From the NCBI GenBank assembly GCA_013115125.1, contig JABANN010000147.1, positions 1-61,724 on the forward strand: a stretch of 61,724 nt of DNA, read 5' to 3'. The translations under genes were made by a program, and so were the position numbers. The stretch comes from Perkinsus olseni. Its lineage: Eukaryota. Numbering within the stretch: the first letter of the stretch is position 1; each line of letters begins with the position of its first letter. This document shows, in pieces, positions 13,186-26,593 of the stretch. The notes under the pieces were generated by a model, which did no database searches, had not been told where the DNA came from, and was given only the letters and a program-made list of their open reading frames with translations.

Positions 13186-16100
13186 TCAGCTTCGCACAGA
13201 GGAAGCAGCACTCTTCGACGTAGCGGCAGAGGAGGACTGTGAGGAAGGCAACTGGGTCGGGGAGGGGGCAGCGCGCTTTCTCTTAGCAGACCCACGAGTG
13301 AGGACATTCGCAGCAGCCTCCCACGCGTCTCTGAGAATAGCAACAGACTGATCGAACAACAGCGCTCCCCGAACCCACTTGGGTGTATCCGGGAAACGAT
13401 CTCTGACGTCAGCACGAAGCATCCACTCGGCCAGAGACACTTTCTCTCCGCGCAAGAGCAACCCTCGTGATAACCACGGCTGCAGTGCACTCAGGAATCG
13501 TTCGTCTCCCTCCGAAGCAGAAATCGTATCCTGCGGGAGGACTGGCTGTGTATCAAAATTGAAGCTCTACGTACCTTTATGGAGGCCGCGAGTTCCTCAT
13601 GGCCGCCCTTCTGGAGTTGAACTCCAACACCTTTGCATAGAGTGGAGCTGAGCTTGAGGGCATCCTTGGCTCCATTCTTGGACACAGCGTGTCGCCATAC
13701 CTTGAACGTACACGAGGTTCCCTCCGCTGCCATATCGAGACGCTACCGCTTTCAACAACATGTCCCAGTGAGTCTTCCACTGCTCCGACCCTTGAAGATG
13801 CTGTCGACGGAATTTGAGAGCGGCCATGACCTCGCTCGCCAGTTCCGAGGATCCGTCTACGACTTGCCGTGTTAACCAGGACCCCACACTGCCGCAGAGA
13901 ATCAGATCAGATCGGGAACAGTAGAGCCCGACAGAGCACGCCAGGATAGCCGCCTGAGATTTCACATGAGAGATCATTCCCAAGGAGAGTAGTGGTGTGA
14001 CCTTCCTTCTTTCGAAGGACGCATCGCTGTTGTTCTTGGTCATGACCTGGGAGACGGCCTCGTTGAAGGCAGGGCCCCAACGCTGCTGCAGCTTCACTGG
14101 TCCTGGCATCAGTAGAGGTGAGGATCAATCGATACTGACAGCAGTGTTCTCTCACCTGGAAGGGATGCGTCAAGCAGTAGTTCCCGGACATAATCGCCCA
14201 GGATCTGGTCGACACGGGTGGGGCTCCTCCCACCTACTCCATGGCTTCTCGGTTAGGCCAGGAGCCGAGGAAATGACTCACCTCTCAGCGGCTCCGAGCC
14301 GCCTATCAGATCAAGTACGAACAGCTGAATTATGAAGGCGATGAAACGCAGCCCCGCGGCCTCTTCCGTAACGTCGTGCTCGACAGTCCCCAGGCACAGC
14401 ATGGAGAGGTCGGCCATACACAACTTGTGCTCCTCAGCAGCAGTCCCGTCTGAACAATCCATCGTAGTCTGAAATTACGATAGGTCCCCTACCCTGAAGC
14501 CTCCGCAAAGAAGTGAGCGTCAAAATGAGGAGCACTAGAGAGACCAGCTCCGGGCTGGGAGCATCCTCAAGAGAGGAAGTCGCTTCCAGGGCCGTAACCC
14601 GGCGATCTACTAGCTCGAGCAGGTTGGCGAGGAGACTGTAGTCGTCATGGAGCACATCCCAGTGCTTCGAGAGTGCGAAGATGCGCTTTAGGTCATCAGT
14701 TAGAGGCCTGGAAGAGACTAATGAAAAGGCGACCGCAGCTCTCGCAACGATGGGGACGAGGCCGGCTGCTTACCCCCTGCTGCCGGGAAGCTGAACGAGT
14801 TCGCTGCATCTCTGTCGCAGCGATGCTACGACAGCTGGGGCATCCTCTCCCGCATAGCGGTTGCTCAGCAGGTCCGCTGTGAGTGACAGAAGGGTCTCGT
14901 CAGTAGTCTCTGTCAATAGAGATTCAAAAGCATCAGCACAGCTCTCATCGATAACATCGTAGTCTCCTCCCTTGTGGACGAGCGCGCGGATAACCTCCGC
15001 AACCATCACCTACCCAGTTGGGAATAACGGAGCGGAACTGCGCCCGTGAGAGGAAGAGGCCCACCAGATCCTTTGTGCTGTCTCGGAATCGATCGAGGAC
15101 CAGTTTGACCCACGACTCGTCAAGAGACTTGTTAAGGCCTTCCAGAATAGCCTTGGACGAATACTCGCTTCCGCATAGACGAACGGTCGCTGATAGAAGG
15201 GCCAGCAACACGCTCTTCTCCGCAGATGATGTCGTCGGCTGGGAGGGCTAAAGTGAAGGAGCATTGCACTGTCGTAGATGCGGCCGCACCACCTGCTGAG
15301 GAGAGTCCAACCCTCCCAACAGGAGATCCGTGTAAGTCGTAAAGCAGCACAGGTGACAGCGGCGGCTGGGGCTGAGCTTGTAGATCGCCTCAGCAATTCT
15401 GTAGGTCAGCTCAGGAACCTCCTGGTCGTCGCCGTATCTGGTGAGCCGCATCTGATGGGGACTCTCCTCTGATAACTCACTGAATGATGAACTCCACAAT
15501 CATCAGCAGGGCAGTCGCGGACTCGGCTGACGAGGCGTCACCACCATCGCGGGCCGGCACTCCACGGAGGACCCCTACAAGGGATAATCTCCAACCCTAG
15601 AAAGGCGGAACGGAGCTGACCAGGATCGCCAAAGACGTGGGCGTCTACGAAGTTCATGGCCTCCATCCGCAAGGCCAAGTCTGGGTGCCAGACCAGATTC
15701 GACACCAGCTGGCAATCCTCGTCACTCAGAACCTGGGGGTGGCTGATCTGGACTCAGGTAGCAGTCGGGCAGGCCACCTGCTCCTCCTCATCATCATCGC
15801 TACGATCATCATCCAGGGTATCAGCTGCTCCCACGATTGCGTGGAGGCACCTCACAGCCCACAGCCTACAGTGACGGAGTGGCCGTCTTCCGCTGTCAAC
15901 GAGGACCCCACCTCACAGTGGTATCCTGGTCGAAGCATCGACGCAGAACATGCGGCGCCAGAGTAACCAGTTGGGGTCGCTTGAGTGACAGTGTGCGCGC
16001 ACCCACTCTCAAGGTCCGGTGTATTTGCTCTAGAATCTGGGTGGGGTACATGCTATGGGATTGACGCCAGGAGGAGGCTTACCATTCCTCGAACGACTGT

Positions 16101-17597
16101 GCTGCGATCCGCCAAGCCGGGGACTAACTTAGCGACGACAGCCGCTGAGAAATGCTCATCCTCCAGGGAGCATAGCCAGGAGGCAAAGCCGGCCTGAAGG
16201 AGGGGCAGACATCTGACCTGGGTCTGGCCTCGGCCAGTAACGACGGTAACTAACTCACATTAGAAAGCACCATCGTCCTGATGGCCTCTGATGAGTCGCG
16301 GCAACGCTCAAGGCCAAGGATACTGGTCATGCCTTTCAGGACGTCCATCATTCCCTCGAGACGTTGTTTCATTTGCTCAGCTGCGGACCGGCTCGGGACT
16401 CGACCACCGAGCGGGGCTGATAGGGAGCGGCTGAATCACCTAGGCACCCCTCAAGCCCTACTCGTCATCTGCATGTGCTTTACATCTGCCTCTTGCGAGT
16501 GAATGACCTCGATGAGCCCGGCACACCCGGCGCAAGCTGCCACTGCGACCACCGTTCGGACATCAAGTATCGCGACGGAGGCCAGGGACGGGTCCTGCAA
16601 GGCCGAGTCTAGAGAGACCTCGCTAACCCGAGCTCACTCACAACAGGCTGGCTGCCGGGGACGCCGAGCAGGAACGAGTTGAGTCTTGATAGGAGCTGCA
16701 CGCCGTCCATGCCATCGCCAGCCAAGGTGGAGTACAGTGTACGGAAGAAACATTCGAAGTTACGAAGATGCCGCAGGCGGCTCGTCGCGGACTTTTCCCC
16801 GCCCTCTGAAGTCACCACAGTGGGACAAATACGTAGTTGACGAGGAGACTTGCTTTTGCTGATGGAAGAAAGAGCAAGCTTCTGCTTGAGAGTCACCAGG
16901 CGAGGCAGGGGGCTGTCTCCTTCGACTGCTTCATAGCCCCCTACCACTATCTGCATCAGGGTGAAACATGGCCGATGATCTCAGATCCCAGCCACCCTCT
17001 CCTACCTGGGCAAGGTCTTCTACCGCGGCGGACGAGACTCCCTGAGAACTAGCCGAAGCATCGACATCTCCGGGCCGGACTAGTTCCTTGCTCCCAGCTC
17101 CTGCTAGGATGACGTTAATGACCTGTAGAAGAGAAGGCGGGATCGCAAAATCGCCACGGCATGACGGTACCGTCGATAGAATGCTCGATCCGTCATTTTT
17201 CCGTCTATCGACTAGCTTGGACACTAGCTGCCTCATGTGGTACTCCCCGCGGCTTCCCAGTATGGTGGTAAGCTCGATGAGCTTGGCATTGGCCGGGAGA
17301 GGACCCGTTGCTGAGACATACAGCACCGGTCCGGCTCCTACACAGTCAGCTATCCTCCCTACAGCTCCGATTGGAGTTCGATGAGGAGGTGGAGGAGTTG
17401 GTAGCAACTCTACTGGTCCTCCTGACCCGCTTTCGAGGCGGGGTCTGCACCCGCTCTTGGGTTTCGGCGATGGCACTGGTGAGCCTGCCAAGAAAACCAA
17501 GGGTTATACTATAGGTACTGTATCAGATTTCCCACATTCTCTCGCCTCCTCGACTGCTGGGTGCTGCACTGCGTTGTGAAGCGCCATTGGAGGCCAT
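13186..17597 (-). CDS. Large multi-exon hypothetical protein, probably an alpha-solenoid
   Basis: Chain of Leu-rich helical minus-strand ORF pieces separated by short GT-AG introns; basic C-terminal KRKR. Start approximate (ATG at 17597 or 17587). Confidence 0.55.
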
Positions 17598-17761
17598 ACT
17601 GCTACGACTTGACGACGATAGGGGCGCCATAGTCAAGATACACAACTTGCGTACAAGGAGAAATGCGCAAAGGAGTTCGATGCCGAGAGACTTGAGGGCA
17701 CTTCACGACTGTTGACAAGAAGAACCAACTTCTCTCCAGAAACAGCCTATCACAGCGCGTG

Positions 17762-18902
17762 TCATTTCGCTTTGGGAGATTCTCGCCGTTGAAGGACCTG
17801 AGCCCACGGAGTTGAACCAACTTCAAGCTCAGTCCATGCGGACTCACGTAGAGCTTGGAGTACGCCTCCCGACCACCAAGCTGAGGGCCGAGGCCCATTG
17901 TTTTGACAACTCTCCAGTGGAGGAAGAGGTCCTCGAAAAAACGTGGATCGGCACAGAAACCCCCCGGGCCTTCACCAACGTAGATAAGCCGCTGCCCAGG
18001 AAATGCCTTCAAAATCTGAGCGGCGGCATTGCCATACCGATAGGAGCACATCGTCTGATGAGAGCAACGTACTTCGAAGGCCTCCGAGTCGTTCCTAGGG
18101 TACACCATTAGGAGGGTTACGTCCTCTCTCGGACCCCCGTCGTCGTGTTTGAGATCGTCCAGAGAGGATACGCAAGTCAAATCGCACTTTCGGGAGAGGA
18201 GCTCTCGAGACCACTTGGCTGTGGCCGATGTCGGAGGATGATTAGCAACAGCCAGTAGAGGGGACAGCCGAATACACTCCCCAAGCGCCTGAGAAGGCCG
18301 ACGATGACGAGCTGTGATGGAACGCGTGCCCACTTCCTCCGTCCACTTGACCGGCCCGTACCGCTCGAAAAACTCTCTTGCATCATCCGCCGTGACCGTA
18401 GCGGTAACTGTAGAGTCGCTGAGAGAGAGCGAAGGACTACGCAGCAGCAGCAGGAGGATACCTCGGCCATACATGATGTTGGTCACGTCGTCCGGAGTAG
18501 CCATTGTCATGTCGAGCCCTCTTAGCTGACGATCCTGAGCGATGCTTAGTAAGTATGGACTGGTAGAAGGCCTCACCTTCTCCCATCGCTCCAGTGTAGC
18601 CTCCGTAGGCAAAGGGTCGATGAACTCCGGCGTCTCCTGAGGCCGCGTCATCAGGCGGTACCCCTCTGCGATCATCGGAATCTGAGAGGCGCAACTTGCA
18701 AGGCCTTCGTCTACGCCGGGCTGATTACTCCTTCACGAGTCAGTACGAATCCCATCGACATGTAGCCGAGCACAGCAACAGCACTACGAGCAGGGCCGGG
18801 GAGTCGGTCATGATACTGCCCTCTCAGCCAAGCCGTGAAGGCTCGGTAGCCAGCCCGGAACCCCATGCAAGAACGCGACTGCGGCAACCACCGACTGACC
18901 AT
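17762..18902 (-). CDS. Class I SAM-methyltransferase-like fold protein with putative mitochondrial presequence
   Basis: Spliced protein has TLLMVYP...AAAQILKAFPGQRLIYVGEGPGGFCADPRFFEDLFLHW...KLY|VLQR, the C-terminal pattern of a widespread uncharacterised MTase-like family. N-terminus MVSRWLPQSRSCMGFRAGYRAF is Arg-rich and lacks acidic residues. Confidence 0.55.
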
Positions 18903-18983
18903 TGACAGGAAGGACACAACAATATGGGGATCAACAGCACGAGGAAGAGTAAGTGTTCAATGACAGTTGACAGAGGAACGACA

Positions 18984-20550
18984 CTATTTAGACTTCTTGC
19001 CACCGTGATGGGCGCCAGGGTCGATGGCCCCCTCGTCCTCGAGGATCTGCCGGGCTACTCGGTTGATGAGCTTGAACCGTAACGGCCCTAGGTGGATGCC
19101 ACCGTACCACCTGAAATCTAGTCTGTCACCCTTGGCAGTCCCATGAGAATACGTACCGAGAAACGACTACCAAGACTCCCTCAGCGCCAGTGAGCGTGAG
19201 GAGCTCTTGAAGCTTCGTCCCCGCTCCGCCCTCCCCATCGGAGTCATGGTCCTGATGGTAGCCTGAGGGAGTGAGCTGGTGTCAGCACAAAACCAAGTAG
19301 AGGCAACAGCCCTACCAAGATCGGCCGACTTCGAGTCCTTCCCGCCCCCCTCCTCCTTCATCTTGAACCGATACGCGTACATGTTGTGCGTGGCCCGCAG
19401 GATCTTGTGGCTCTGCTTCAAAGTATTCAGAGCGATATCTACATCATCCTCGCTCTCAACAAACGCTAGGTGGGCCTGGAACTTGGACTGAGAGAGCAAC
19501 CCATTCTGCACGATGACAACAGCAGCACTGGCGCTACTTTCTTCTCCGTTATCGGCTCCCCTTCCTTCAAGTCAGATGGATCCGCCGTCTTGGGTGCCTT
19601 AGTCGCCCTCCCTTTCCCCTTAAACGCGCTCTTGGAATTGCCTTTTCGGAATTCTTCCTTGCGGCCCTAAAGACTATGCGTTACAACCTCCTTCATTTGC
19701 CAAGACTCCCACCTGCATGGCGGCCATCTGGCTAGCCCAGTCGTTGTATTCCTTCTCGGCCTCTTCTTGCATCTCCTCAGCTTGCTCAGCCTCGGCCTTC
19801 TCTCGCTCAAGGGCTTTCTCACGCTCACTGACCTTCTTTTGTGCCCGGGCTTCGGCTTCCCGCTTCGCCTTCTCTTCCTCCTCCGCCTCCCAAGCCATTC
19901 CGAACTGATCAAGCGAAAGAGACAAGAATAAGAGAATGTAAGGGGAGGGAATATTCTCCACCTCAACTCTATCAACAACGATAGAGACCCACCTTGGTGA
20001 GTAGGTCCTTGACAGGTGCGAGGGCAGCGAGTATAGGGAATTCATAGCCGCCCTTCAGCTGAGTCCATATATTCCCCACTATCAGTTCTTGCAACTTCTC
20101 TAACCAAAGGCAGGGGTACCAACGAGAGATGTAAACCCCCAGTCGTACTTAATTTACTGCACACCGCCTCCGACCCTTCGGCTGCTATAACCTCGGGTAT
20201 GGCGTCGAGGTCGAGTGGATATCCTTTAGGGAGGGTGAACATGAAGGTGGCGTCTGCCTCGACGTCAGTCTCGCCATGGATAGTGATCGCGTAACTGAAA
20301 CCAATACCACACTGAAGCGACGCCCATCACACGAACAAGCGCTCCGGACAGTTGCTGACAAGTACGAAGCAGTGCCGCTTTAACCACTCCGTCCCCCGCA
20401 GTATTATTACGCTACATCCCCATCGTCCGGGCCCGCTGGTCGGTGCAGCCACATAAAACCAACCTCGGGGTCATAGGCTGATCGGAGGGCATCTGCTTCC
20501 TCCAACTGGATTGCTAGACAATCTCGGGTAGCATGCCGCCTGTTTAACAT
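18984..20550 (-). CDS. IMPACT: IMPACT family protein (RWD + UPF0029 domain), copy A
   Basis: RWD start QLEEADALRSAY and FTLPKGYP; C-terminal GEPITEKK|SKFQAH, ATHNMYAYR, DSDGEGGAG, VVVSR|WYGGIHLGPLRFKLIN. Confidence 0.9.
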
Positions 20551-21022
20551 AAGAAAGGGTACTTCTAAACTTCAGGCCACGAAGCATTCACGACGCTCCC
20601 ACCTCTCCCTACCACCCCTCCGGCGTACAACTCGAACCCCTCCCCTCTCACTGTACTATCCAACACACGAACTGACTGGAAACGGACGCTTGAAGTGTCG
20701 AGTGGTACGTGATCCACGACGAGACTCCTCGTCAAGCAGCCGGCGAGCTTACACATTAGTGGTTGTCTGTGCAACGGTCGCCGTTTCGATCTACCCTCTT
20801 TGAAGGCATGGTCCTATGAGAAGCCTCCCAAGCGCGATGGAAGAGTTCACCGCCTTCTCCAGTTGTGCCATGACTGCTACGAATGCCCAACGAAAGAATC
20901 TCTGAACGTTCCATTGGCGTACCATCCAGTCCGCTCATTGACTGGAGGACGCAACAGCCAGCTGATCATCAACAACAACATCACACGGGTAAAAACGCTC
21001 GAAAGTTGACCAAGGAACGATA

Positions 21023-22560
21023 CTATTGAGACTTTTTGCCACCGTGATGGGCACCAGGGACGATGACTCCCTCGTCCTCGAGGATCTGCCGGGCTGCTCG
21101 ATTAATAAGCTTGAATCGCAGGGGACCCATGTGTATGCCACCGTACCACCTACAACCGAGCCAGTCACGGTTGAGAGTCTGAACATACACGTACCGAGAA
21201 ACGACCACCAAGACTCCCTCAGCGCCAGTTAGCGTGAGAAGCTCTTGAAGCTTCGTCCCCGCTCCGCCTTCTCCATCAGAGTCATGGTCCTGGTGATAGC
21301 CTGAGGGAGCGAGCGCTCTAGTGCTAGCGAAACTCATGCAGGCGTCCCTACCGAGGTCGGCGGATTTGTCTCTACCGTTGCTCTCTCTTGTCTTGAACCG
21401 ATAGGCGTACATGTTGTAGGCCCGCAGGATCTTATGGCTCCGTTTTAGAGTGCTCAGCGCGATGTCTACATCTTCCTCGGTCTCGACGAATGCTAAGTGG
21501 GCTTGGAACTTGGACTGAACCAAACAGCTGTCTAAAAAACGGCGCAGACGTCTATGCACAAAAAGAGCGGCCACACCTTCATCTGCGTTATAGGCTCTCC
21601 CTCTTTCCAATCAGTGGGGTCCACCGCCCTAGGCGTCTTATTTCCTCGCTTCCCCTTAGAACCACTCTTAGCCCTTGCGGTCTCCTTGTCGAGCTCGTCC
21701 TTGCGTTCCTGGAAACTGACTCATACCGACAGCCTAGCAGTCCGTGCAGCAGTCCCCACTTGTATGGCAGCCATCTGATCAGCCCAGGCATTGTATTCTT
21801 TCTCTGCCTCCTTCCGCATCAGCTCAGCTCGGTGAGCCTCGGCCTTCTGTCGTTCGATGGCCTCTGCCTTCCGCTTTTCTCGTTCCTCTTCCTTCACCTC
21901 CCAGGCCTCGCCGCACTAAAGGGCACCAACGTGACGATCCCGTGTACTACTCACAACCCCGGCATGCCTGTGCACTTCGAAGAGACTCACCTTGGTCAGT
22001 AAGTCCTTAACAGGTGCGAGGGCAGCGAGTATAGGGAATTCATAGCCGCCCTTCAGCTGAGTCCATATATTCCCCACTATCAGCTCTTGCAACTTCTCTA
22101 ACCAAAGGCAGGGGTACCAACGAGAGGTTTAGGCCCCCAGTCGTACTTAATTTACTACACACCGCCTCAGACCCTTCGGCTGCTATAACCTCGGGTATGA
22201 CGCCGAGGTCGAGTGGATATCCTTTAGGGAGGGTAAACATGAAAGTGGCGTCAGCCTCGACGTCAGTCTCGCCATGGATAGTGATGGCGTAACTGAAACC
22301 AATACCACACTGAAGCGACGAAGTCAAGAGGACGTCCATTCCACCAAAGAGCGCTCCAGACAGCTGCTGACAAGAGCGGAATGCCATAGAAGTGCCGCTG
22401 TGACCACCTCCCCGTATTATTATTACGCTACATCCCCATCGTCCGGGCTCGCTGGTCGGTGCAGCCACATGAAGCCAACCTCGGGGTCATAGGCCGATCG
22501 GAGGGCGTCTGCTTCCTCCAACTGGATTGCTAGACAATCACGACGTGGCATACTGTACAT
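21023..22560 (-). CDS. IMPACT: IMPACT family protein, tandem copy B (ATHN motif altered)
   Basis: Same exon structure as copy A and open after splicing; ILRAYNMYAYR replaces ILRATHNMYAYR. Confidence 0.85.
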
Positions 22561-22576
22561 AAATTATAAAATTCAG

Positions 22577-25285
22577 CTACCCGCCCACAGTCGGCACCCT
22601 CGACCACTCATCGCCTCCCTGGACTCCTCCCGGGCTCACCCACTGGACTGGTGAACACAGGCCTTGCAAGTCAACGGAAACTGTTATCAATGGTAGAAAT
22701 GATGCGTCTAATGGTGTAACTAAGAGTTGGGCTGAGGCTGCACTCGTCGCATGAACTCCCTCTGATTGATGTAGCGGACAGTCTCCGAGTGTATCACTGC
22801 ACCCGTCCTTCTCCCGCCATGAGGTTGACTCGTGCCTAGCGGAGAGATGAGACGATCGAGCATGAGCCCGACCCTTCATACCTCCGATCCTCTGCCGCAT
22901 AGCCCTTAGAAGCTCATAATCGCCATCGTGTCGGACGAGGTCGAACGCATCCCTCAGCCTTCGCAGCTGCTGACCACCGAACTCCCTGACAGAAGGCCCG
23001 AGTACTAAACATAGGGCTTGGCCTCCACTAGTACCTCAGTCGCGGTAATATCGCCACTTGACCAATGAGATTATAAACCTGCTCATCGTAAATGTCCATC
23101 TGCGCCAGGTTGCACGTAATGTCGCACGTCTGTTGAGGGTTCAATCGATACCTGAGAGGCTCTGGGTGAGCGGAACCCCCATTGCCATGCGCCTTACTGC
23201 CCCGTCCGCTGCCACGCAGGCGGTGGTGTCTCGCCCGGTAGAGTAGGAGCTGCACCTAGGGCGTTCACAGCGTGAGGACGGTAGCTCAGCCGGTCTCGCA
23301 ACTGGAAAGCAGTGTGCTACAGCTCCATCGATACACGGAATCGCTTACCTGCGGCAGGACGCCTCTGGCCATGAGAACATAGGCTGGCGGGTCCTTTGCT
23401 TCGTCCGTCTCCATCGTACCGGGTCGCGACAAAGTGCTCTTCTCAGTCGATACCAGTCCCATCGATCGGGCGAGGGAGAAGCCCATACATATGTTGGTTA
23501 TGTCGGGAATGGTAAGACTGACGGAGGCGTCTCTAATGCGAGTGGGGGCCACTCGGAATACTACCTGTCCATGTCCGATTGATACAGCTTCTCGGCAATA
23601 GCACAATAGAAGCTGTCAAGGTCCTTCCGACTATGCCTAATCAACGACAGTAATCCCACCGAAAACAGTGGAAGCATAGGGCCTCACTGTATGAACTCTA
23701 AGGCGTTCTGGCGTTCATGAGGGCAGTTGCAACAACACTGCAACGCTTTGGCTATACCTAAACCACAGACGATGAGCGATCATCACCGTAAGTACGCTCA
23801 TCGCTCACCCCAACAGAGATCACAAAGCTGACCCAGCCCGGCCTGAAGAAAGGCATCCGGGCCTCGACGTCGAGCTTCCGCCGCTAGAGCCAGAACGACG
23901 TCCGCTCCGAAGAGGACGGGGACATCCGTCTGTGTCTTCGGGTTTGCCGGTGTACCCGAGGCATTTGCCGACCTGCTCCAGTGCATGTGGACCGAATAAC
24001 CGGCGGTGCGTCACTCACAGCCCTTGCTTCTGGGAGCTCATGGCCATGGCATTGTTAGCATTGCTGAGCCTATCACAGTGAACTCCCAGCTTGGCCACTG
24101 ATATGACGATCGTCGTTAAGTCCATGTCCGATATCTGAGTCGATATGTGAGAGAACCTGACAAGAATACGTCAAACACAGTATGGTGCACAGTAGGCATC
24201 ACCGTTTGATGCCTGTCTCCACCGCATCAGTGAGCTTCTTCAGACTCCGACTTTTTGCAAGCGATAACATCTCGTGCGGAGTGTGATAGTATTGATACAC
24301 GAAGCCGGTGAGTCGATGGACAGCAGCCGCCATAGCTGAGCCGGGCAACGGCCCTCCTTGGTACATGGGCACCTTGGGGTCCAACTCCTCCAGAAACTGA
24401 GGCGAGCTGTGAAGGGAGAGAGCCTCGACCTCCTCTTCTACCTGCCAGAACTCATCTTGGTTGCGAACAACGTTGATTCGAGAGGCGAGCTTCCGCCCTT
24501 CCTCCAATGCCTTAGCAACCGCCGCCGGCCGAAGCTGAGGGAATGTAAAGTGATTCGAGAGTCAGAGAATCCCGCCAAAGGGAAGTCGTAAAACTAGGTC
24601 GCGATGGACATGGTAGGGCTACGATGATACCTGAGCTTACCTCAGCGGTAGTAGAAGATAAAGATGCCGACCGATGGTACTCGCCTCTTTGGTCGTCCTC
24701 ACTGGACGACGAGCTCTCGTCAGAGGAATTACTACTCTCTGTGACGCTACTCTCATCAGAGTCCATCCACGCATACCTTCAGCACTTCCCAGGTTCCCCC
24801 ACTCACAAAAAAACTCCGCTCCGCTCAAGGAACGTATCCGATCGCCCCTAGCTACTCACCTCTTGCGCCTCTTTGGCTTAGAACGCGCCGAACTGCTAGC
24901 TGCCTTTCGCTTGACGTCTTTCTGCTTACTCGAGCCCCCCTTTCCCCGGCTCTAGATACGAACAACTATCCCTCACTCCGCATGATAGCGGCAGGCCCGC
25001 CATTACTAAGACCGGACTTACATCTTTTTTAGGAGTCCGCTCCTCCCTCCTGGCGGACTTCGGCGCCTCGCTCGTAATTTCCATGTCTTCGGTATCGCTC
25101 ATGATACGCATGTCGCTCGACTCGGAGCTGCCAGCATCGATCTCGACGCCCCTTGATCTCTTGCTTATCACTCACCTTGTGTCGTCGTCATACTGGGACG
25201 CCCGTTTGACCGTGGTTTCCCTCTTTCTGGCGTCGTCGACAGCGGAGGCCAGGTCCCCTATATCAGAGTCCTCGGACTCGGACAT
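22577..25285 (-). CDS. Hypothetical protein: Ser/acidic/basic N-terminus followed by helical repeats (HPR/RAP-associated-like)
   Basis: Exons MSESEDSDIGDL..., MDLTTIVISVAKLG, LTIPDITNICMGFS, LNPQQTCDITCNLAQMDIYD resemble helical-repeat units; ends approximate. Confidence 0.45.
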
Positions 25286-25312
25286 GGTCTCCTTCCAGCT
25301 CTTATGAGCACT

Positions 25313-26414
25313 CTAAAGCGTCACACCGTGGGGCCCTTCGCTTTGAATCCTAGTGAGCCTACACTGCTGTTCCTCGGGGACCTTCTAGCTGTCCCTGTGG
25401 GGCCTCTACGACGACCAAGCATGACGAAAGACCACCACTACGAAGAAAATCTTTCAGTCTCCCAGTAGGTACTCCAACGCAACACTGACACTGGAGCTTC
25501 CACAATAGCATGATGCATATGGCACGCCTGTCAAAAGTATCTAGTCCTATGGAGTTAGGCATGACCCTCATGCCCCTTCGGTTCCAGCTTGGCGTGAACA
25601 GTGACGCACTTGCCTGGAACACATCCCACCGATCGACTCACTTACCATCAACAACCACACGACTCACCGTCCTTGCACTTAACAGCCGCAGCGTCTCCCG
25701 AGAGATGCTTCGGGTCATCGCCGTGGAGCTCCTCGCTGCTGCCAACCATAGTGGCCGTGTGGAGTGGCTGGAAATGGCAGCGCATCCTTCCACCCAATAC
25801 CCAGCAGTCGAAACCTCACCTTATGTTTCCCATCATTGACGTAGGTCTCATGACTTTCGACCGAGCTTGAGCTCTCGGATATCTGCGAGGGCTCACCCCC
25901 GGCTCCAAGGCGGTCCAGGCCAAAGAGGCCGCCTCCTAAAGCACATCAACTGCCCCTCCCTTCGGTGGTAGACTTGACTCCTACTGGCGAAGCCCGGGTC
26001 ATGGATCATCCCAAACCCTCTTTCCATGTCGCCGAACTCTCTTGCCATGTCGTCGAAAATCCTATTACGTCGGACTGGCTCGAAAAAGTCATCATCGCCA
26101 AATATTCCATCTGACGACTCGGGGTCGATCGGTTGTGGAGGAGCACCTAGCAGCGAGCTGCCCGGCCAGCGAGGGTGAAGGTCGACTCACGCTCGGGCTG
26201 GAGTGCGTCCAGTGGGATGGGCTCTCCTCTCAGCTGCCTGTTGCTCTTGCGGTGCTGCAGCATCCGAAGCATCATGTCATCTGAGATTTACACGGGGCTG
26301 CTGCTGATCATCACCATCATCGTCGTGGGCAGGCCTACCTGGGACCTTGAGCCAGAAATATCCAGCAGACAGAGGAAGATAGGTGAGGAAGAGAACGAGG
26401 AGATGTGTGGTCAT
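25313..26414 (-). CDS. Hypothetical secreted protein, multi-exon
   Basis: ATG at 26414 gives a signal-peptide-like MTTHLLVLFLTYLPLSAG; later exons splice in frame via GT-AG introns; 3' end approximate. Confidence 0.5.
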
Positions 26415-26593
26415 TTGAAGAGAATCGATAGCTATTACGAGATCTTCTCACCCCTGAATGGCCAACTCATAAGCCAATAGTAAGACAAGTAATCAGTAGT
26501 AGTCTACGAGGAATGGTAGTTGACAACAACAACACGCCTCCGCCGCCGCTGCCGTCTTCACAATTTTACATATCCATCAGCATAATCGCCTTC

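Noticed and set aside
13186-17597. Possible URB1/Npa1 identity of the large solenoid gene
   Set aside because: Only vague resemblance; no diagnostic motif confirmed by eye.
26346-26356. Minus-strand tctggctcaag followed by gt, like an SL 3' end
   Set aside because: Lies in coding sequence (FWLKV) and the 5' half of the leader is absent.
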